Assembly (NCBI GenBank): GCA_034189385.1
Contig: JAXHVD010000013.1
Coordinates: 68,259-132,258, forward strand
DNA: 64,000 nt
From: Thermodesulfobacteriota bacterium
Lineage (GTDB): Bacteria; Desulfobacterota; Desulfobacteria; Desulfobacterales; C00003060
Direction: 5' to 3'
Shown here: positions 27,937 to 38,976 of the stretch, piece by piece
Layout: the number at the start of each line of letters is the position of its first letter
How positions within the stretch are numbered: the stretch's first letter is position 1
The notes under the pieces: model-generated
Databases searched by the model: none
What the model was told of the DNA's origin: nothing
The model's input: the letters and a program-made list of their open reading frames with translations, nothing else
Program-made: the position numbers and the translations under genes

Positions 27937-30900
27937 CATCAATCACTCCCCTGAGGGTTTGATTCCCAAAATCGTTCGTCACTTCTTGGATTACCGTCTC
28001 TCCATCTTGTTCCTGCTATTCGCCATTTGTGCGGGCATTTCTGCGATCATGATAACGCCCAGGGAGGAAGAACCCCAGATTGTCGTTCCCCTTGCAGATG
28101 TGTTCGTACAGGTACCGGGTGCAACAGCTGAAGAAGTGGAAAAACTCGTTGCAACGCCGCTGGAGAGACTGCTGTGGCAGATTGACGGTGTGGAGTATGT
28201 CTATTCCGTGTCACGCAGGGATATGGCTGTCGTTACGGTCCGATTCTGTGTAGGAGAAGATCGGGAACGGTCCCTGGTCAAGTTACACAACAAAATCAGC
28301 ATGAATGTAGATCAGGTGCCTCCGGTTGTCGGGAGATGGGTCATTAAGCCGGTGGAAATCGATGATGTCCCTATCGTTAATTTGACGATTCATTCATCCA
28401 GGTATAGCGATTCGGAACTGCGCCGGATCGGAGAAGAGGTCCTCTCTCGTCTGGCAGAGGTGGAGGATGTCTCGCGAACCCAGATCATTGGCGGCCGAAG
28501 CTGGGAAGTGCGGGTTGAGGTGATTCCGGAACGGATGTCCGGCTACGGTGTTTCTTTATTGGAAGTAGAACGGGCCTTACGGGGAACGGACGCCTCTGTG
28601 ACTGCGGGGGCATTCAACCGCAGAAACCGGGAAACAGCGGTCACCAGTACTTCCTTTGTGGCCTCGGTCCAGGAAGTGGAAAACATTGTGGTTGGTGTGC
28701 ACGCAGCCAGACCCGTTTATCTCAGGGATATCGCAGAAGTTCTCGATGCCCCTGAAGAGGCAAAAACCTATTCAAGGATCGGATTCTCAAACCGTCAGCT
28801 TCAGGAAAAGTCTCCCGACGCCACTTCTTCTTTGCAGCCGGCGGTCACGCTGGCCATCGCCAAGAAAAAGGGAGCAAATGCGGTTCTCGTGGCCAGGAAT
28901 ATCCTTCAAAGGGTTGAGGCGTTGAAGCGTGACGTTATTCCGGCTGGTGTTCAGGTTCAAGTGACCCGAAATTACGGCCAGACGGCACAGCAAAAGGTGA
29001 GCGATCTCATAGAGTCCCTTGTTTTCGCCATCCTCACGGTCGTCGGCCTCCTGGCATTGACCCTTGGATGGAGAGAAGCCCTTATTGTTGCAGTAGCCGT
29101 ACCCATCAGTTTTTCCCTCGCCCTTTTTGTCAACTATCTGTTCGGGTACACCATTAACCGTGTAACCCTGTTTGCCCTGATCCTCTCCCTGGGCCTCGTC
29201 GTTGACGACCCGATTACCAATGTGGACAACATTCAGAGACATATTCGGATGGGCAAACGGAATCCCGTCGAAGCCACCCTGTTTGCCGTCAAGGAAGTTC
29301 TGCCTCCGGTGATCATGTCTACCCTTGCCATCATCGTCTCCTTCACTCCACTGTTTTTTATAACCGGCATGATGGGACCCTATATGGCCCCAATGGCCGC
29401 CAATGTACCGCTGACGGTCAGCTTTTCCACTGTCTGCGCGCTTACCTTTGTTCCCTGGTTGTCCTATCTATTATTGAGGGGGCGGAAAATAGAGGCTGGT
29501 GATAAGAACGATGCCCAGCAGGCAGATGTAACACATCCGTGGATAAAGCGCGGGTACGGCGCTCTTATGTCCCCTCTCTTGGCATCAGGGAGCAAAAGAG
29601 TTTTGCTCGCAGTCGTTGTTTTGGCTCTTCTGGCAATATCGGTTGCTCTCCCTGCCATTCGGTATGTCCCTTTCAAAATGCTTCCTTTTGACAATAAAAA
29701 CGAGTTTCAAATTGTCGTGGATATGCCGGAAGGAACCACGCTGGAGACCACCGACAGGGTGGTTCGCGCCTTTGAAGACCACCTAAAGGAGGTACCTGAG
29801 GTCACACATTTCATATCTTGTGTGGGAACATCTTCTCCCATGGATTTTAATGGCATGGTCCGTCACTACTATCTGAGGGAAGGGGGTAATATGGCCGATA
29901 TCCGGGTCAACCTGGCAGACAAAGCAAAGAGGAAACAACAGAGCCATGAGATCGTTTTGAGAATTCGTAAGGATCTTGAGGCCATCGCTTCCGAAAGAGG
30001 TGCACTGATCAAACTCGTGGAGGTTCCGCCCGGGCCGCCTGTTGTTTCCACACTGGTAGCAGAAATCTACGGATCTCCGGACAGATCATACGATCAATTG
30101 ATCCAGGGTGCAGCCCACATCAAGACGGTCATGGAGAAAGAACCATACGTCGTGGACATTGACAACACGGTTGAAACACCCCGGGACAGGGTCGATTTCA
30201 TTCTAGATAAGGAAAAGGCGGCGCTGCATGGCGTGAACACCAAAATGATTACACAGACCTTGAAGATGACCTTGGAAGGTGAGAACCCGGCCACGGTTCA
30301 TAAACCGGGCGAGCGGCAGCCCTTACCCATTAAGCTCATTCTTCCCCGCGACAGACGCACTGGAACAACCTCCCTTTCTCAGATACCCATCAAGACTTCA
30401 ACCGGGGGAATGGTTCCCCTGGCCGAGATGGGCAGCTTCGTAAAAATCCGGGAGAATCAACCCATTTACCACAAGAACCTGCTGCGGGTGGTCTATGTAT
30501 TCGGGGAAATGGCTGGCAGGGCTCCTGCCGAAGCGGTTCTTGACATGCAGAAAAAACTAGAAAAAAATCCTCTTCCTCCGGGCATTAGGGTTGACTGGGC
30601 AGGGGAAGGAGAGTGGAAGATTACTCTGCAAGTTTTCAGAGATTTGGGCATTGCCTTTACGGCGGCATTGATGGGGATCTATATTTTGCTTGTGATCCAG
30701 ATGAAATCGTTCTTCATGCCTATTTTGATCATGGTTGCGATCCCCCTCACCCTGATCGGCATCATGCCGGGATTCTGTCTTTTCAATGTTTTTTTTACAG
30801 AGACGATAGGAGGTTTTCAAAATCCCGTTTTCTTTACAGCCACCAGTATGATCGGTATGATCGCCCTTGGCGGGATCGTGATCCGAAATTCACTGGTTCT

Positions 30901-31156
30901 TATAGAGTTTATTGAGGCGGCTCTGAAAGAGGGGCTGACCCTACAGGAGGCGATCCTGCGGAGCGGTGCTGTAAGATTCAGGCCCATTGTATTGACGGCC
31001 GCCACAACGGCCCTCGGCGCATGGCCCATCACCCTGGACCCCATCTTTTCCGGACTGGCCTGGGCCCTGATTTTCGGCTTGGTTGCATCGACCCTCTTTA
31101 CTCTCTTTGTTGTTCCAGTAACATATTACGCTCTGAACCGAAGGAGGCTTGGTTAA
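27929..31156 (+). CDS. RND efflux transporter permease (AcrB/CzcA superfamily)
   Basis: 1075 aa with 12 TM helices and two large periplasmic loops. Its start overlaps the MFP stop. Confidence 0.9.
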   Translation: MPDINHSPEGLIPKIVRHFLDYRLSILFLLFAICAGISAIMITPREEEPQIVVPLADVFVQVPGATAEEVEKLVATPLERLLWQIDGVEYVYSVSRRDMAVVTVRFCVGEDRERSLVKLHNKISMNVDQVPPVVGRWVIKPVEIDDVPIVNLTIHSSRYSDSELRRIGEEVLSRLAEVEDVSRTQIIGGRSWEVRVEVIPERMSGYGVSLLEVERALRGTDASVTAGAFNRRNRETAVTSTSFVASVQEVENIVVGVHAARPVYLRDIAEVLDAPEEAKTYSRIGFSNRQLQEKSPDATSSLQPAVTLAIAKKKGANAVLVARNILQRVEALKRDVIPAGVQVQVTRNYGQTAQQKVSDLIESLVFAILTVVGLLALTLGWREALIVAVAVPISFSLALFVNYLFGYTINRVTLFALILSLGLVVDDPITNVDNIQRHIRMGKRNPVEATLFAVKEVLPPVIMSTLAIIVSFTPLFFITGMMGPYMAPMAANVPLTVSFSTVCALTFVPWLSYLLLRGRKIEAGDKNDAQQADVTHPWIKRGYGALMSPLLASGSKRVLLAVVVLALLAISVALPAIRYVPFKMLPFDNKNEFQIVVDMPEGTTLETTDRVVRAFEDHLKEVPEVTHFISCVGTSSPMDFNGMVRHYYLREGGNMADIRVNLADKAKRKQQSHEIVLRIRKDLEAIASERGALIKLVEVPPGPPVVSTLVAEIYGSPDRSYDQLIQGAAHIKTVMEKEPYVVDIDNTVETPRDRVDFILDKEKAALHGVNTKMITQTLKMTLEGENPATVHKPGERQPLPIKLILPRDRRTGTTSLSQIPIKTSTGGMVPLAEMGSFVKIRENQPIYHKNLLRVVYVFGEMAGRAPAEAVLDMQKKLEKNPLPPGIRVDWAGEGEWKITLQVFRDLGIAFTAALMGIYILLVIQMKSFFMPILIMVAIPLTLIGIMPGFCLFNVFFTETIGGFQNPVFFTATSMIGMIALGGIVIRNSLVLIEFIEAALKEGLTLQEAILRSGAVRFRPIVLTAATTALGAWPITLDPIFSGLAWALIFGLVASTLFTLFVVPVTYYALNRRRLG

Positions 31157-31218
31157 AACCTATAGAACCAATCGTAACACAACAAATATTGCTTATTATG
31201 TAAATCTGCAGCTTCAAG

Positions 31219-31557
31219 GTGAAAAGCTTCAGTTTGACAGACAGTGCCGCTAGCCTAATCACCCAAAAGGGCTGTAGACATTCAGATTCTATGCATCATC
31301 ATGATCTGATTCTGTTTTTTCTTCAAATCTGTGTGATGCTCATGGCCGCCATCACCTTTGGCCAGGTGATGCTCATGCTTCGCCAGCCTTCTGTCCTCGG
31401 GGAATTGATGGGGGGCATGGTGCTCGGCCCCACCGTCTTTGGCGCATTGGCACCCCAGTCATACACCTGGCTATTCCCTAGCGAGGACGTCACCTCATTG
31501 GGGCGGGAAGCAGTGATGAAGATCGGCATGTTGTTCTTTCTCTTCCGCGTATTCTAG
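31219..31557 (+). pseudogene. N-terminal fragment of a CPA2-type cation:proton antiporter
   Basis: Only 112 codons. The motif LRQPSVLGELMGGMVLGPTVFG matches the first two TM helices of Kef/NapA-type antiporters. The frame ends at TAG-TGA, and ~430 bp without a credible ORF follow. Confidence 0.55.
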
Positions 31558-31985
31558 TGAACATTGCCTCTCTCATATCGGGGGGCATGAAAGGGGTCAT
31601 CACCAAACGAGACGCCTTTCGACGGGCCCCAGATGGCAACCGTCCGGATAATCCTTGAACGAAAGAAGAAGATAAGGGATTCGCAGACCATGTGCAGGAA
31701 ATATCCTGCGGAGACGTGCAAAATATCAACAGCTTCTGCCTTGAACTTGCAGAGGGTCGGCATCCCGTTTGTCAGTCTGTCTCATGAGTATGACCATGTG
31801 GCACGATGCAAAAACAGCTGTCATGGAGTCTGATTTGTGAATAGATGTGATGATAACAACAGCCACAGTGGCCTTGAGGAGAATACTCCAGTTTTGTGGG
31901 GGCGATGGAGTTGCCCCTTGGCAAAGCAGGTGGAAGCTCGGCCTTGGGAGGCTAAAGGCACCGGTAACAGTTCGCAGGATCTTTC

Positions 31986-33050
31986 TTGAGCAAAGAGATA
32001 TCCAAGCATAGGAATCAAGCAGGACCTCAGGGAAGGGATGATGTAAGGGCTCGCCTCATCGCCATCACGTTGTCCTTTGTGGTCGGCGCTTCATTGATGG
32101 CGGTGAAGTTTTACGCCTACCGGCTTACCCATTCTTCTGCTATCCTCTCCGATGCCCTTGAATCCATCATCAATGTGGTCGCCAGTGCCTTCGCCCTTGG
32201 AAGTATTTTGCTTGCAGCCAAGCCTCCAGATGAAAGCCATCCTTATGGACACGGAAAGATCGAGTACTTCTCAGCAGGCTTTGAGGGTGCCCTAATTGTC
32301 TTGGCCGCATTAGGCATCTTCAAGACGGGTATTGGTCACCTCCTCCATCCCCAGCCCCTTCCGCTCCTTGAAATGGGGTTGATCATTCTACTCGGTGCCG
32401 GTCTCATCAATCTCCTGTTGGGGATGGGGCTCATACGCGTGGGCAAGCGAACCCATTCCCTTGCCCTTATAGCCGACGGCAAACACGTGCTTACCGATGT
32501 CTACACCTCGGCAGGGGTGTTGGTCGGTCTTTTCTTGGTCCGTCAGACCGGCTGGTATTGGCTGGATGGTGCCATTGCCTGCTTGGTGGGCTTGAATATC
32601 CTTGTCACAGGAGCAAAACTGGTACGCCAATCTTTTTCGGCCCTTATGCACGCATCAGACCCTGAGCTCCTCAAAGAGATTGCCACCTTGCTTGTCGAAC
32701 ACCGCAAGGATGTGTGGATCGATATTCATCAGCTTCGAGCGTGGCGTTCGGGGAGTTTCGTATACATCGACTTTCACCTGGTTCTCCCGCGAGATTACAG
32801 CCTGGAAGAAGCCCATGGTGAGGTGAAAGAGCTGGAAGAGGTGATTGCCGATCACTTCGGCGGGGCTGCCAGTCTCCTTATCCACACAGACCCGTGCGTG
32901 GATCCCGATTGTCCCATTTGCCGTCGTCATCTGTGCGGGCTGCGCCAGAAGGACTATAAGGCCGAGGTTCCCTGGAAATGGCAGACACTGATCCAGCAAG
33001 GCGGGGCAGGGGAGCGTTTAGAGGGGCTTGCTGAAGACTCCGACTCCTAG
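31986..33050 (+). CDS. Cation diffusion facilitator (CDF) family metal efflux transporter
   Basis: 354 aa with a TTG start and six TM helices. The metal site motifs are [10 protein letters not shown] and [10 protein letters not shown] cytoplasmic CTD is followed by a Cys-rich tail ([14 protein letters not shown]). Confidence 0.85.
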   Translation: MSKEISKHRNQAGPQGRDDVRARLIAITLSFVVGASLMAVKFYAYRLTHSSAILSDALESIINVVASAFALGSILLAAKPPDESHPYGHGKIEYFSAGFEGALIVLAALGIFKTGIGHLLHPQPLPLLEMGLIILLGAGLINLLLGMGLIRVGKRTHSLALIADGKHVLTDVYTSAGVLVGLFLVRQTGWYWLDGAIACLVGLNILVTGAKLVRQSFSALMHASDPELLKEIATLLVEHRKDVWIDIHQLRAWRSGSFVYIDFHLVLPRDYSLEEAHGEVKELEEVIADHFGGAASLLIHTDPCVDPDCPICRRHLCGLRQKDYKAEVPWKWQTLIQQGGAGERLEGLAEDSDS

Positions 33051-34699
33051 ACGCCTGCCGCCTTGAAGGCCCCATTCACGATGGCTTGGGCCTCCTCTTG
33101 AATCTGCCTTAAATGTTCCTTCCCTTTGAAACTCTCCGCATAGATTTTGTAGACATCCTCTGTCCCTGACGGTCGGGCCGCGAACCATCCATTTTCAGCT
33201 ACCACCTTGAGTCCGCCGATAGGCGCTTCGTTGCCCGGGGCCCGTGTCAGTTTAGCCACGATCTTCTCGCCGGCCAGCGCCTTGGCCGTCACTGTGTCAG
33301 GAGAGAGTTTCTTCAATGCCGCTTTTTGGGCGGGTATAGCTGGCGCGTCAATCCGTTCGTAGACCGGGCTCCCCAGTTTTTCTTCCAATTCGGTGTATAC
33401 CTCGCCCGGATCGCGGCCCATTTTGGCGGTGATTTCAGCACCAAGAAGGTCCATGATGATGCCGTCCTTATCCGTGGTCCAGACGGTGCCGTCTTTGCGC
33501 AGGAATGAAGCGCCCGCACTTTCTTCACCGGCGAATCCAAAAGTGCCGTCCATGAGCCCATTCACGAACCATTTGAAGCCCACAGGGACCTCCACCAGTT
33601 TTCGTCCCAAGTGTGACGCCACACGGTCGATCATGGAGCTTGATACCAGGGTCTTTCCAATGGCAACGTGAGGCTTCCAATTTGGTCGGTTTTGAAAAAG
33701 ATACCAAACGGCCACGGTAAGGTAGTGGTTGGGATTAAGAAGCCCGGAGCTCTTCGTGACAATGCCGTGACGGTCCGTATCGGCGTCGTTGCCAAAGGCA
33801 ATGTCAAACTTGTCCTTCAGGTTGATAAGGCTGGCCATGGCATAAGGAGAGGAGCAATCCATGCGGATCTTGCCGTCCTTGTCCAGGGTCATGAACCCGA
33901 AGGCGGGATCAACGGTCCGATTGAGCACTTCCATATTCAATCCATGCTGGTCTACAATGGGGTCCCAAAAGGCCACGGACGAGCCCCCCAAAGGATCTAC
34001 GCCGAGTTTCAATCCGGCGGCCGCGATGACATCCATGTTGATGACATTGCGAAGATCGTTCACATAAGGTCCTACATAGTCGTATTCATGGGTGGTGTGT
34101 GCGGCCATGGCCTTTTCAAGGGGTGTGCGACGCACCTCTTTGTTTCTTGAGCCCAGGATATGGTTGGCCCTTTCTTGGATGATCGCCGTGGTGTCCGTGT
34201 CAGCCGGACCGCCCGTTGGGGGGTTGTACTTGAACCCGCCGTCTTCCGGCGGGTTGTGCGAAGGCGTGATCACCACGCCATCAGCCTGGCCGCTCTTTCT
34301 TTTTCGGTTGTACGTGAGAATCGCATGGGAGATGACCGGGGTGGGCGTATGGCCTAGCCCCTTTTGAACCATCACCGTGACGCCGTTGGCTGCGAACACC
34401 TCTACGGCACTTGCCAGGGCCGGTTCTGAGAGGGCGTGGGTGTCCATCCCTACAAAGAGAGGACCGGTGATGCCTTTAGACTTCCTGTGCTCTGCAATGG
34501 CCTGGGAGATGGCCAACACATGGTTTTCGTTGAAGCTTTTGTTAAACGACGACCCCCGGTGGCCAGAAGTGCCAAAGGCGACCCGCTGGGAAGGGTCTGC
34601 AACATCCGGCTTGTGGGCATAGTAGGCCGTTACCAGCCTGGGGATATTGACGAGAAGTTCGCGGGGTGCTGGTTTACCGGCAAGTTCTGACAACGGCAT
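33047..34699 (-). CDS. pgm: Phosphoglucomutase (alpha-D-glucose phosphate-specific)
   Basis: 550 aa with the phosphoserine loop [15 protein letters not shown], the Mg site [10 protein letters not shown] and the sugar loop GEESAG. Confidence 0.95.
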   Translation of the reverse strand: MPLSELAGKPAPRELLVNIPRLVTAYYAHKPDVADPSQRVAFGTSGHRGSSFNKSFNENHVLAISQAIAEHRKSKGITGPLFVGMDTHALSEPALASAVEVFAANGVTVMVQKGLGHTPTPVISHAILTYNRKRKSGQADGVVITPSHNPPEDGGFKYNPPTGGPADTDTTAIIQERANHILGSRNKEVRRTPLEKAMAAHTTHEYDYVGPYVNDLRNVINMDVIAAAGLKLGVDPLGGSSVAFWDPIVDQHGLNMEVLNRTVDPAFGFMTLDKDGKIRMDCSSPYAMASLINLKDKFDIAFGNDADTDRHGIVTKSSGLLNPNHYLTVAVWYLFQNRPNWKPHVAIGKTLVSSSMIDRVASHLGRKLVEVPVGFKWFVNGLMDGTFGFAGEESAGASFLRKDGTVWTTDKDGIIMDLLGAEITAKMGRDPGEVYTELEEKLGSPVYERIDAPAIPAQKAALKKLSPDTVTAKALAGEKIVAKLTRAPGNEAPIGGLKVVAENGWFAARPSGTEDVYKIYAESFKGKEHLRQIQEEAQAIVNGAFKAAGV

Positions 34700-35009
34700 G
34701 GCATTCCTCCTATAAGGGCATATGGTATAAAATGTAGCAGATCTGTCGGCATATATCCAGAAGCAAAGCCTGGCCGTCGCTTCATAGCAAACGTAGTAAT
34801 AAGTTCATGTCATTGCGTCGGTTGCTTGATTCTGGTATGGATTCAATTGTGTGACTCTGCCCTTTCCAACAAGCCTTCACCGGGACGAAGGCGTTGTTCT
34901 ATGGCCCACACAAGGGTTTTTATGGTGTCATCAACAAAGATGGAATGATAAAAATAGCCATTCGCCCGCGAAGAGACTTCTCACGAACATGTCAACAAAG
35001 GAGCAAGCC

Positions 35010-35309
35010 ATGTTGTCTAAATCAAAATCAGAGAAAAAGGCTAGCAGACGGAGGGTGACCCTTTGGTTGGAGGCGCCAATGGCAAAAGAGGTGGTCCTGC
35101 TGGGAGATTTCAACAGCTGGAACTCCAAGACCCATCCCATGAAGAAGGGGCGAGACGGAGTCTGGAAAAAGAGCTTGATGCTTTTGCCAGGAAGGTATGA
35201 GTACAAGTTCCTGGTCGACGGACAATGGCACCATGATCCGGAGAACAGCGACTTTTGCTTCACCGGCCTGGGGACTTGTAACAACTTGCTTTTCGTAAGC
35301 GGGGCATAA
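35010..35309 (+). CDS. Glycogen-binding (CBM48/AMPK-beta-like) domain protein
   Basis: ATG 35010 lies 6 nt after AAGGAG. The sequence VTLWLEAPMAKEVVLLGDFNSWNSKTHPMKKGRDGVWKKSLMLLPGRYEYKFLVDGQWHHDPEN is the E-set/CBM48 fold signature. Confidence 0.7.
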   Translation: MLSKSKSEKKASRRRVTLWLEAPMAKEVVLLGDFNSWNSKTHPMKKGRDGVWKKSLMLLPGRYEYKFLVDGQWHHDPENSDFCFTGLGTCNNLLFVSGA

Positions 35310-35464
35310 CCGGGCTCCAGCTTAGGGAAGACACCGACCTCTCATCCCTGGATGAGGCCTTCGGAAAGATCGTTGGTGAGGTTTGTCTCGGGACCTGTTG
35401 CAGACCAGTTGGCTGGCTGGATACGTAAGAAAAAGCACAAAGGGGCGGAAAAGACCACTTAGAA

Positions 35465-36505
35465 ATGGTTGAAAGGAGGCATTTGGTGACACACCGAGGG
35501 GTGTTATTGGCGTGCTTTATGGCTGTTGTTCTATTGTGGACACTGCCTGCAGTGGCGGACGAAGTACGCCTGGCAAATGGTAGCCGGCTCATTGGAGAGA
35601 TTGTAAACATGGAACAGGAGGTACTTCACTTTAAAGCAACTTTCGCTGGTGAGATCAAGATTGCGTGGGCCGAAGTGGTGCGCCTCCACTCGGATCAAGA
35701 CCATACATATGTCCTCATGAGCCAAGAAGTTTTTACTGGGCAGGCCACATGCCCTTCTAACGGTAACATCCAGATCGTGGATGAGCGCATTGGTAAATTA
35801 CCGGAGTTGTCCCTCGGAGATGTTACGGTCATCAATCCCTCGCCTGCGATGAGCTACAAGGGGAGCATGACTGCCGGCGGGAGTATGAACACAGGAAATA
35901 CAGATAGCAAAGCAGGGAATGCTTCGGCCAAGTTTCAAGCCAGATCCAAGCGCCATCGGTTTTCTCTGGGAGCAAAACACAACTATGCAGAAGACGATGA
36001 CGAACTGACGGCCCGAAAGACCACAGGCAGCCTCAAGTATGATTTCTTTCTGACGCAGAAGCTTTACATTTATGCACACTCGTTGTTTGAACGTGATGAC
36101 ATGCAGGATATTAACCTGCGAAGCACTATGGGTCCTGGCCTTGGGTACCAATTCCTTGACTCAGAGCGGGCCAGTCTCTTTGCCGAGGCGGGCGTGTCGT
36201 ATTTCAATGAAGACTACGATGAAGGCGAAGACCAGCAATACACATCAGGACGGTGGTCGGTGGGATTTGACTACGAACTGTTGCCTGAGCGGGTGAAGTT
36301 CTTCCACTTCCATGAGGGCTACTACAGCCTGGAAGAGTCCGGCTCTTACTACCTTCGTTCTGAGCAGGGATTTCGTTTTCTCCTTATCGGAAATCTATTT
36401 GCCAATATTGAGGTCGATTATGACTACAACAACAAGCCGCTGGCCGAAAAAGAGAAGTCGGACACAACTTATATCTTTGGCCTAGCTTATGAACACGCAT
36501 TCTAA
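35465..36505 (+). CDS. DUF481-family putative outer membrane beta-barrel protein
   Basis: A signal peptide and an N-terminal LANGSRLIGEI motif are followed by GNTDS and alternating beta-strand repeats. The protein ends in the aromatic residue ...LAYEHAF. Confidence 0.65.
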   Translation: MVERRHLVTHRGVLLACFMAVVLLWTLPAVADEVRLANGSRLIGEIVNMEQEVLHFKATFAGEIKIAWAEVVRLHSDQDHTYVLMSQEVFTGQATCPSNGNIQIVDERIGKLPELSLGDVTVINPSPAMSYKGSMTAGGSMNTGNTDSKAGNASAKFQARSKRHRFSLGAKHNYAEDDDELTARKTTGSLKYDFFLTQKLYIYAHSLFERDDMQDINLRSTMGPGLGYQFLDSERASLFAEAGVSYFNEDYDEGEDQQYTSGRWSVGFDYELLPERVKFFHFHEGYYSLEESGSYYLRSEQGFRFLLIGNLFANIEVDYDYNNKPLAEKEKSDTTYIFGLAYEHAF

Positions 36506-36754
36506 GGTGATAGTCATGTTACCAGGTGAAGGTTTTTTCATGATTCAGGCCTTCACCAGGAGAACGGGACTCTCCTGTCAAAAGGGGCAGGCCGATGGAT
36601 TCCCGTTTTTATGAGCAAAAGCTGGATTCCGTTTCCAGAGCTGCATTGGTTCAAACAGGCTTGGTGCCGTACAACCGCTATTGAGACTAATCAACAGGCG
36701 TCTATGAAGCTTGCTTCAAGGCCTGCAAAAAAAGTATCCACTAATACACTTTTT

Positions 36755-37729
36755 TCACAACCATTTTATCCGCTTGAACCATCCCACCAATAGTACTGCA
36801 AGGCCCACAAGGCCTAGAGCCACGATAGCAAAGGCCCATTTGTACTCTGCGCCTGGAATGCCGCCAACATTGATCCCGAGCAGTCCGGTAAGGAGCCCCA
36901 AGGGCAAGAATATTGCCGCTACGATGGAAAGCAAATACATGGCCTTGTTCATCTGTTCCGACAAACGGTTGTTCAGTTCTTCCTGGGTGACAGCAGCATG
37001 CTCACGGGCTGAGTCAATATCTTCAACAAAACGTGCCGTGCGTTCCCATACCTCGCGTATGTGCGCTTTGTCCATGTCATCCAGCCATGGAATGCGTTCA
37101 TTCTGCAACCGTGCAATAACATCCCGCTGAGGGGCCACATATCGCCGCAGACTGATGGTCTGGCGCCGCAGGTCGGAAAGCTTGGGTCGTAGTTCCTTGC
37201 TTTCGGCAGTGAGCACTGTGTCTTCCAGTTCATCTACGCTGTCGTCAATTTCAGCCACCACGTCTCCCATCCGGTCTGTTATGCGACGGCAGACCATGAT
37301 CAGAAAATCAGCCGAAGAGGTAGGCCCTGTACCGGACTTGATCGCGTTGCCAATGTCGTCAATGGCCATCACGCGCCTGTGTCTCATAGATAGGATGCGA
37401 TGTTCGGTAAACAACATGCGCAATGAGACCATATCCTCAGGATCGGCTCCGGGGTTGCAGTTTACCCCCCGCAGTATCAAAAGGAGGCCCTCCTCAGAAA
37501 AGACGCAACGGGGCCGTGTCTCCTCTGCAAGCAAGGATTCCGATAATATGGAACTAAGGCCGCTGTCGTCCGATAACCATTTTTGAACTTTTTCATTGGC
37601 ATAATCAAGGTGCAACCACAGTACCCCTTGCTCCGCAGACCACTGCTTGACTCCTTTCCAATCGATAGCTTGGCCGCCACCCTGACCATCGAGGACATAC
37701 GCAAATACGAGGCCTTCCTGTTCGTTCAT
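36755..37729 (-). CDS. zntB: Zinc transporter ZntB (CorA superfamily), copy 2
   Basis: The protein is identical to copy 1. About 12 nucleotide differences, all synonymous, are confined to the last ~180 nt of the gene. Confidence 0.9.
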   Translation of the reverse strand: MNEQEGLVFAYVLDGQGGGQAIDWKGVKQWSAEQGVLWLHLDYANEKVQKWLSDDSGLSSILSESLLAEETRPRCVFSEEGLLLILRGVNCNPGADPEDMVSLRMLFTEHRILSMRHRRVMAIDDIGNAIKSGTGPTSSADFLIMVCRRITDRMGDVVAEIDDSVDELEDTVLTAESKELRPKLSDLRRQTISLRRYVAPQRDVIARLQNERIPWLDDMDKAHIREVWERTARFVEDIDSAREHAAVTQEELNNRLSEQMNKAMYLLSIVAAIFLPLGLLTGLLGINVGGIPGAEYKWAFAIVALGLVGLAVLLVGWFKRIKWL

Positions 37730-37794
37730 GTTCCGTCCCTCCCTTGGATTGAAGCCCCATGTTTAAGTTGCCGCTGACGAAAACCCATGATCGG

Positions 37795-37823
37795 AATCTA
37801 ATGGATGCCACAAGACCTGTCAA
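37795..37823 (-). promoter_or_regulatory. Putative sigma70-type promoter of zntB copy 2
   Basis: The sequence is identical to 14776-14804 (TTGACA-17-TAGATT on the minus strand). Confidence 0.4.
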
Positions 37824-38645
37824 ACACCGGACCTGAATCCAGCCAGATTGCCCACATCATGGCCCTTCCGTCTCATTGCGTGGGGGAAACCCGTCTCAGT
37901 ACATGGAAAGAAAAGGGCCATCCATTTCCTACTCCTTTGCGACGTTTCCCCCACTTGACATTCCTCTGCAATGTATGTAAGCAAAATGCAGACACACCTC
38001 TGGAGGGCAGCGAAGACTTTTTCCCCAGACGGCTTCTGGCAGCGTGCGCCTCTGCATGACTGGTCATTTTTCAGTGTTTTGCGTTGTTGGTCAACACAAG
38101 GGTTCGGGGTGAGTTGAGTTTCTCGTATGGAGGAGGGGTGAATGCGAGTGACTTTGGGACAACGCAATGGCCCAGCTTTGTTACCCCCTCTTTGTGCCCA
38201 TATGGCACGTGAAATATTGCTCAACCAGGGGCTACCAATCACAGTGCCTCCTTTCCATGCCACCGGCCGCAGTGACGGCCAAGCAATCTACCTTTGTGGC
38301 GAAGAAGAATCACGACCCCACCCTGTTTGCAGGCCTTTTCGCACACCTGCCGGCTCCGTCCGGGGTCGGATTGAGAGATGCCCTAATTATCTTAAACCGT
38401 TAGGCGAATCGCCGGCACAATGTGCGCCTGTTGAAACCCTATGGGGCCGACCCCATCCCTTTGCGATTCATGGAATCGGAATAGAGATATGTGGCTCAAG
38501 GATCGGTGGGCGTCCATGTTTGTGGCAAGTCTGGTGGGTGGGGCACGCTGGAGAAGACATCTCACAAGACTTCAACATAAAGAGGACAGACTTGACGGCT
38601 TCGTAAAAAGTCGAAAAACACCTCTTTCTTTCATTTAACTTCTGG

Positions 38646-38685
38646 ATCCCGGCTCGTGCCCCGTTTCACGAGGCTTGGCCGGGAT
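38646..38685. repeat. REP-like extended palindrome
   Basis: ATCCCGGC (38646-38653) pairs with GCCGGGAT (38678-38685), with an inner TCGTG/CACGA stem. It is preceded by TTCTGG, as is the next palindrome. Confidence 0.45.
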
Positions 38686-38786
38686 GACAAATTATGACAC
38701 AGCCTCGAAAGCTGGGCACGTAGTGGCTCTTTTTAGGCCGTGAGGCGCAACCCTAAGCCCTATCCAGTCCTTTCAACAAGTTCTGG

Positions 38787-38807
38787 ATGCCGGATCAAGT
38801 CCGGCAT
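38787..38807. repeat. REP-like palindrome (second copy of the TTCTGGAT.CCGG motif)
   Basis: ATGCCGGA-TCAAG-TCCGGCAT is a perfect 8-bp stem. It shares the 5' context (A)GTTCTGGAT(G/C)CCGG with 38639-38653. Confidence 0.45.
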
Positions 38808-38966
38808 GGTGATTCAAGGACTTTTTGCGACGCTGTCAACGTTAAGAAGGTGGGAGAAATCTACAGATGCAAAGCCGGTGGGAATGTCGACGAGGTGCTG
38901 GAGGTCGACTGGGGGAAACTGGTATGCTGCGGCCAACCAATTGTATTGGAAAAACCAGGAGAATAG
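38787..38966 (+). CDS. Desulforedoxin-like small ORF with a degenerate metal site (possibly a pseudogene)
   Basis: The frame reads ...AVNVKKVGEIYRCKAGGNVDEVLEVDWGKLVCCGQPIVLEKPGE*, compared with dx at 16247 ([43 protein letters not shown]). The second Cys of C-x2-C is replaced (CKAG). The only in-frame ATG (38787) lies inside a palindrome. Confidence 0.4.
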   Translation: MPDQVRHGDSRTFCDAVNVKKVGEIYRCKAGGNVDEVLEVDWGKLVCCGQPIVLEKPGE

Positions 38967-38976
38967 GAGGTACACC

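Larger units (their letters stand above)
36755..38571. repeat. 1.8-kb segmental duplication, copy 2
   Basis: See copy 1 (13736-15549). It is a direct repeat 23019 bp downstream. Confidence 0.95.

Noticed and set aside
33047-33050. The convergent CDF and pgm genes share a palindromic CTAG that provides both stop codons
   Set aside because: This is real but trivial. The 4-nt convergent overlap has no evident functional implication.
38740-38976. The long N-terminal extension of the SOR ORF as called in the ORF track (start at 38740)
   Set aside because: The extension runs through REP-like palindromes and overlaps the dx-like frame. A strong RBS plus a Tat motif begin at ATG 38977.
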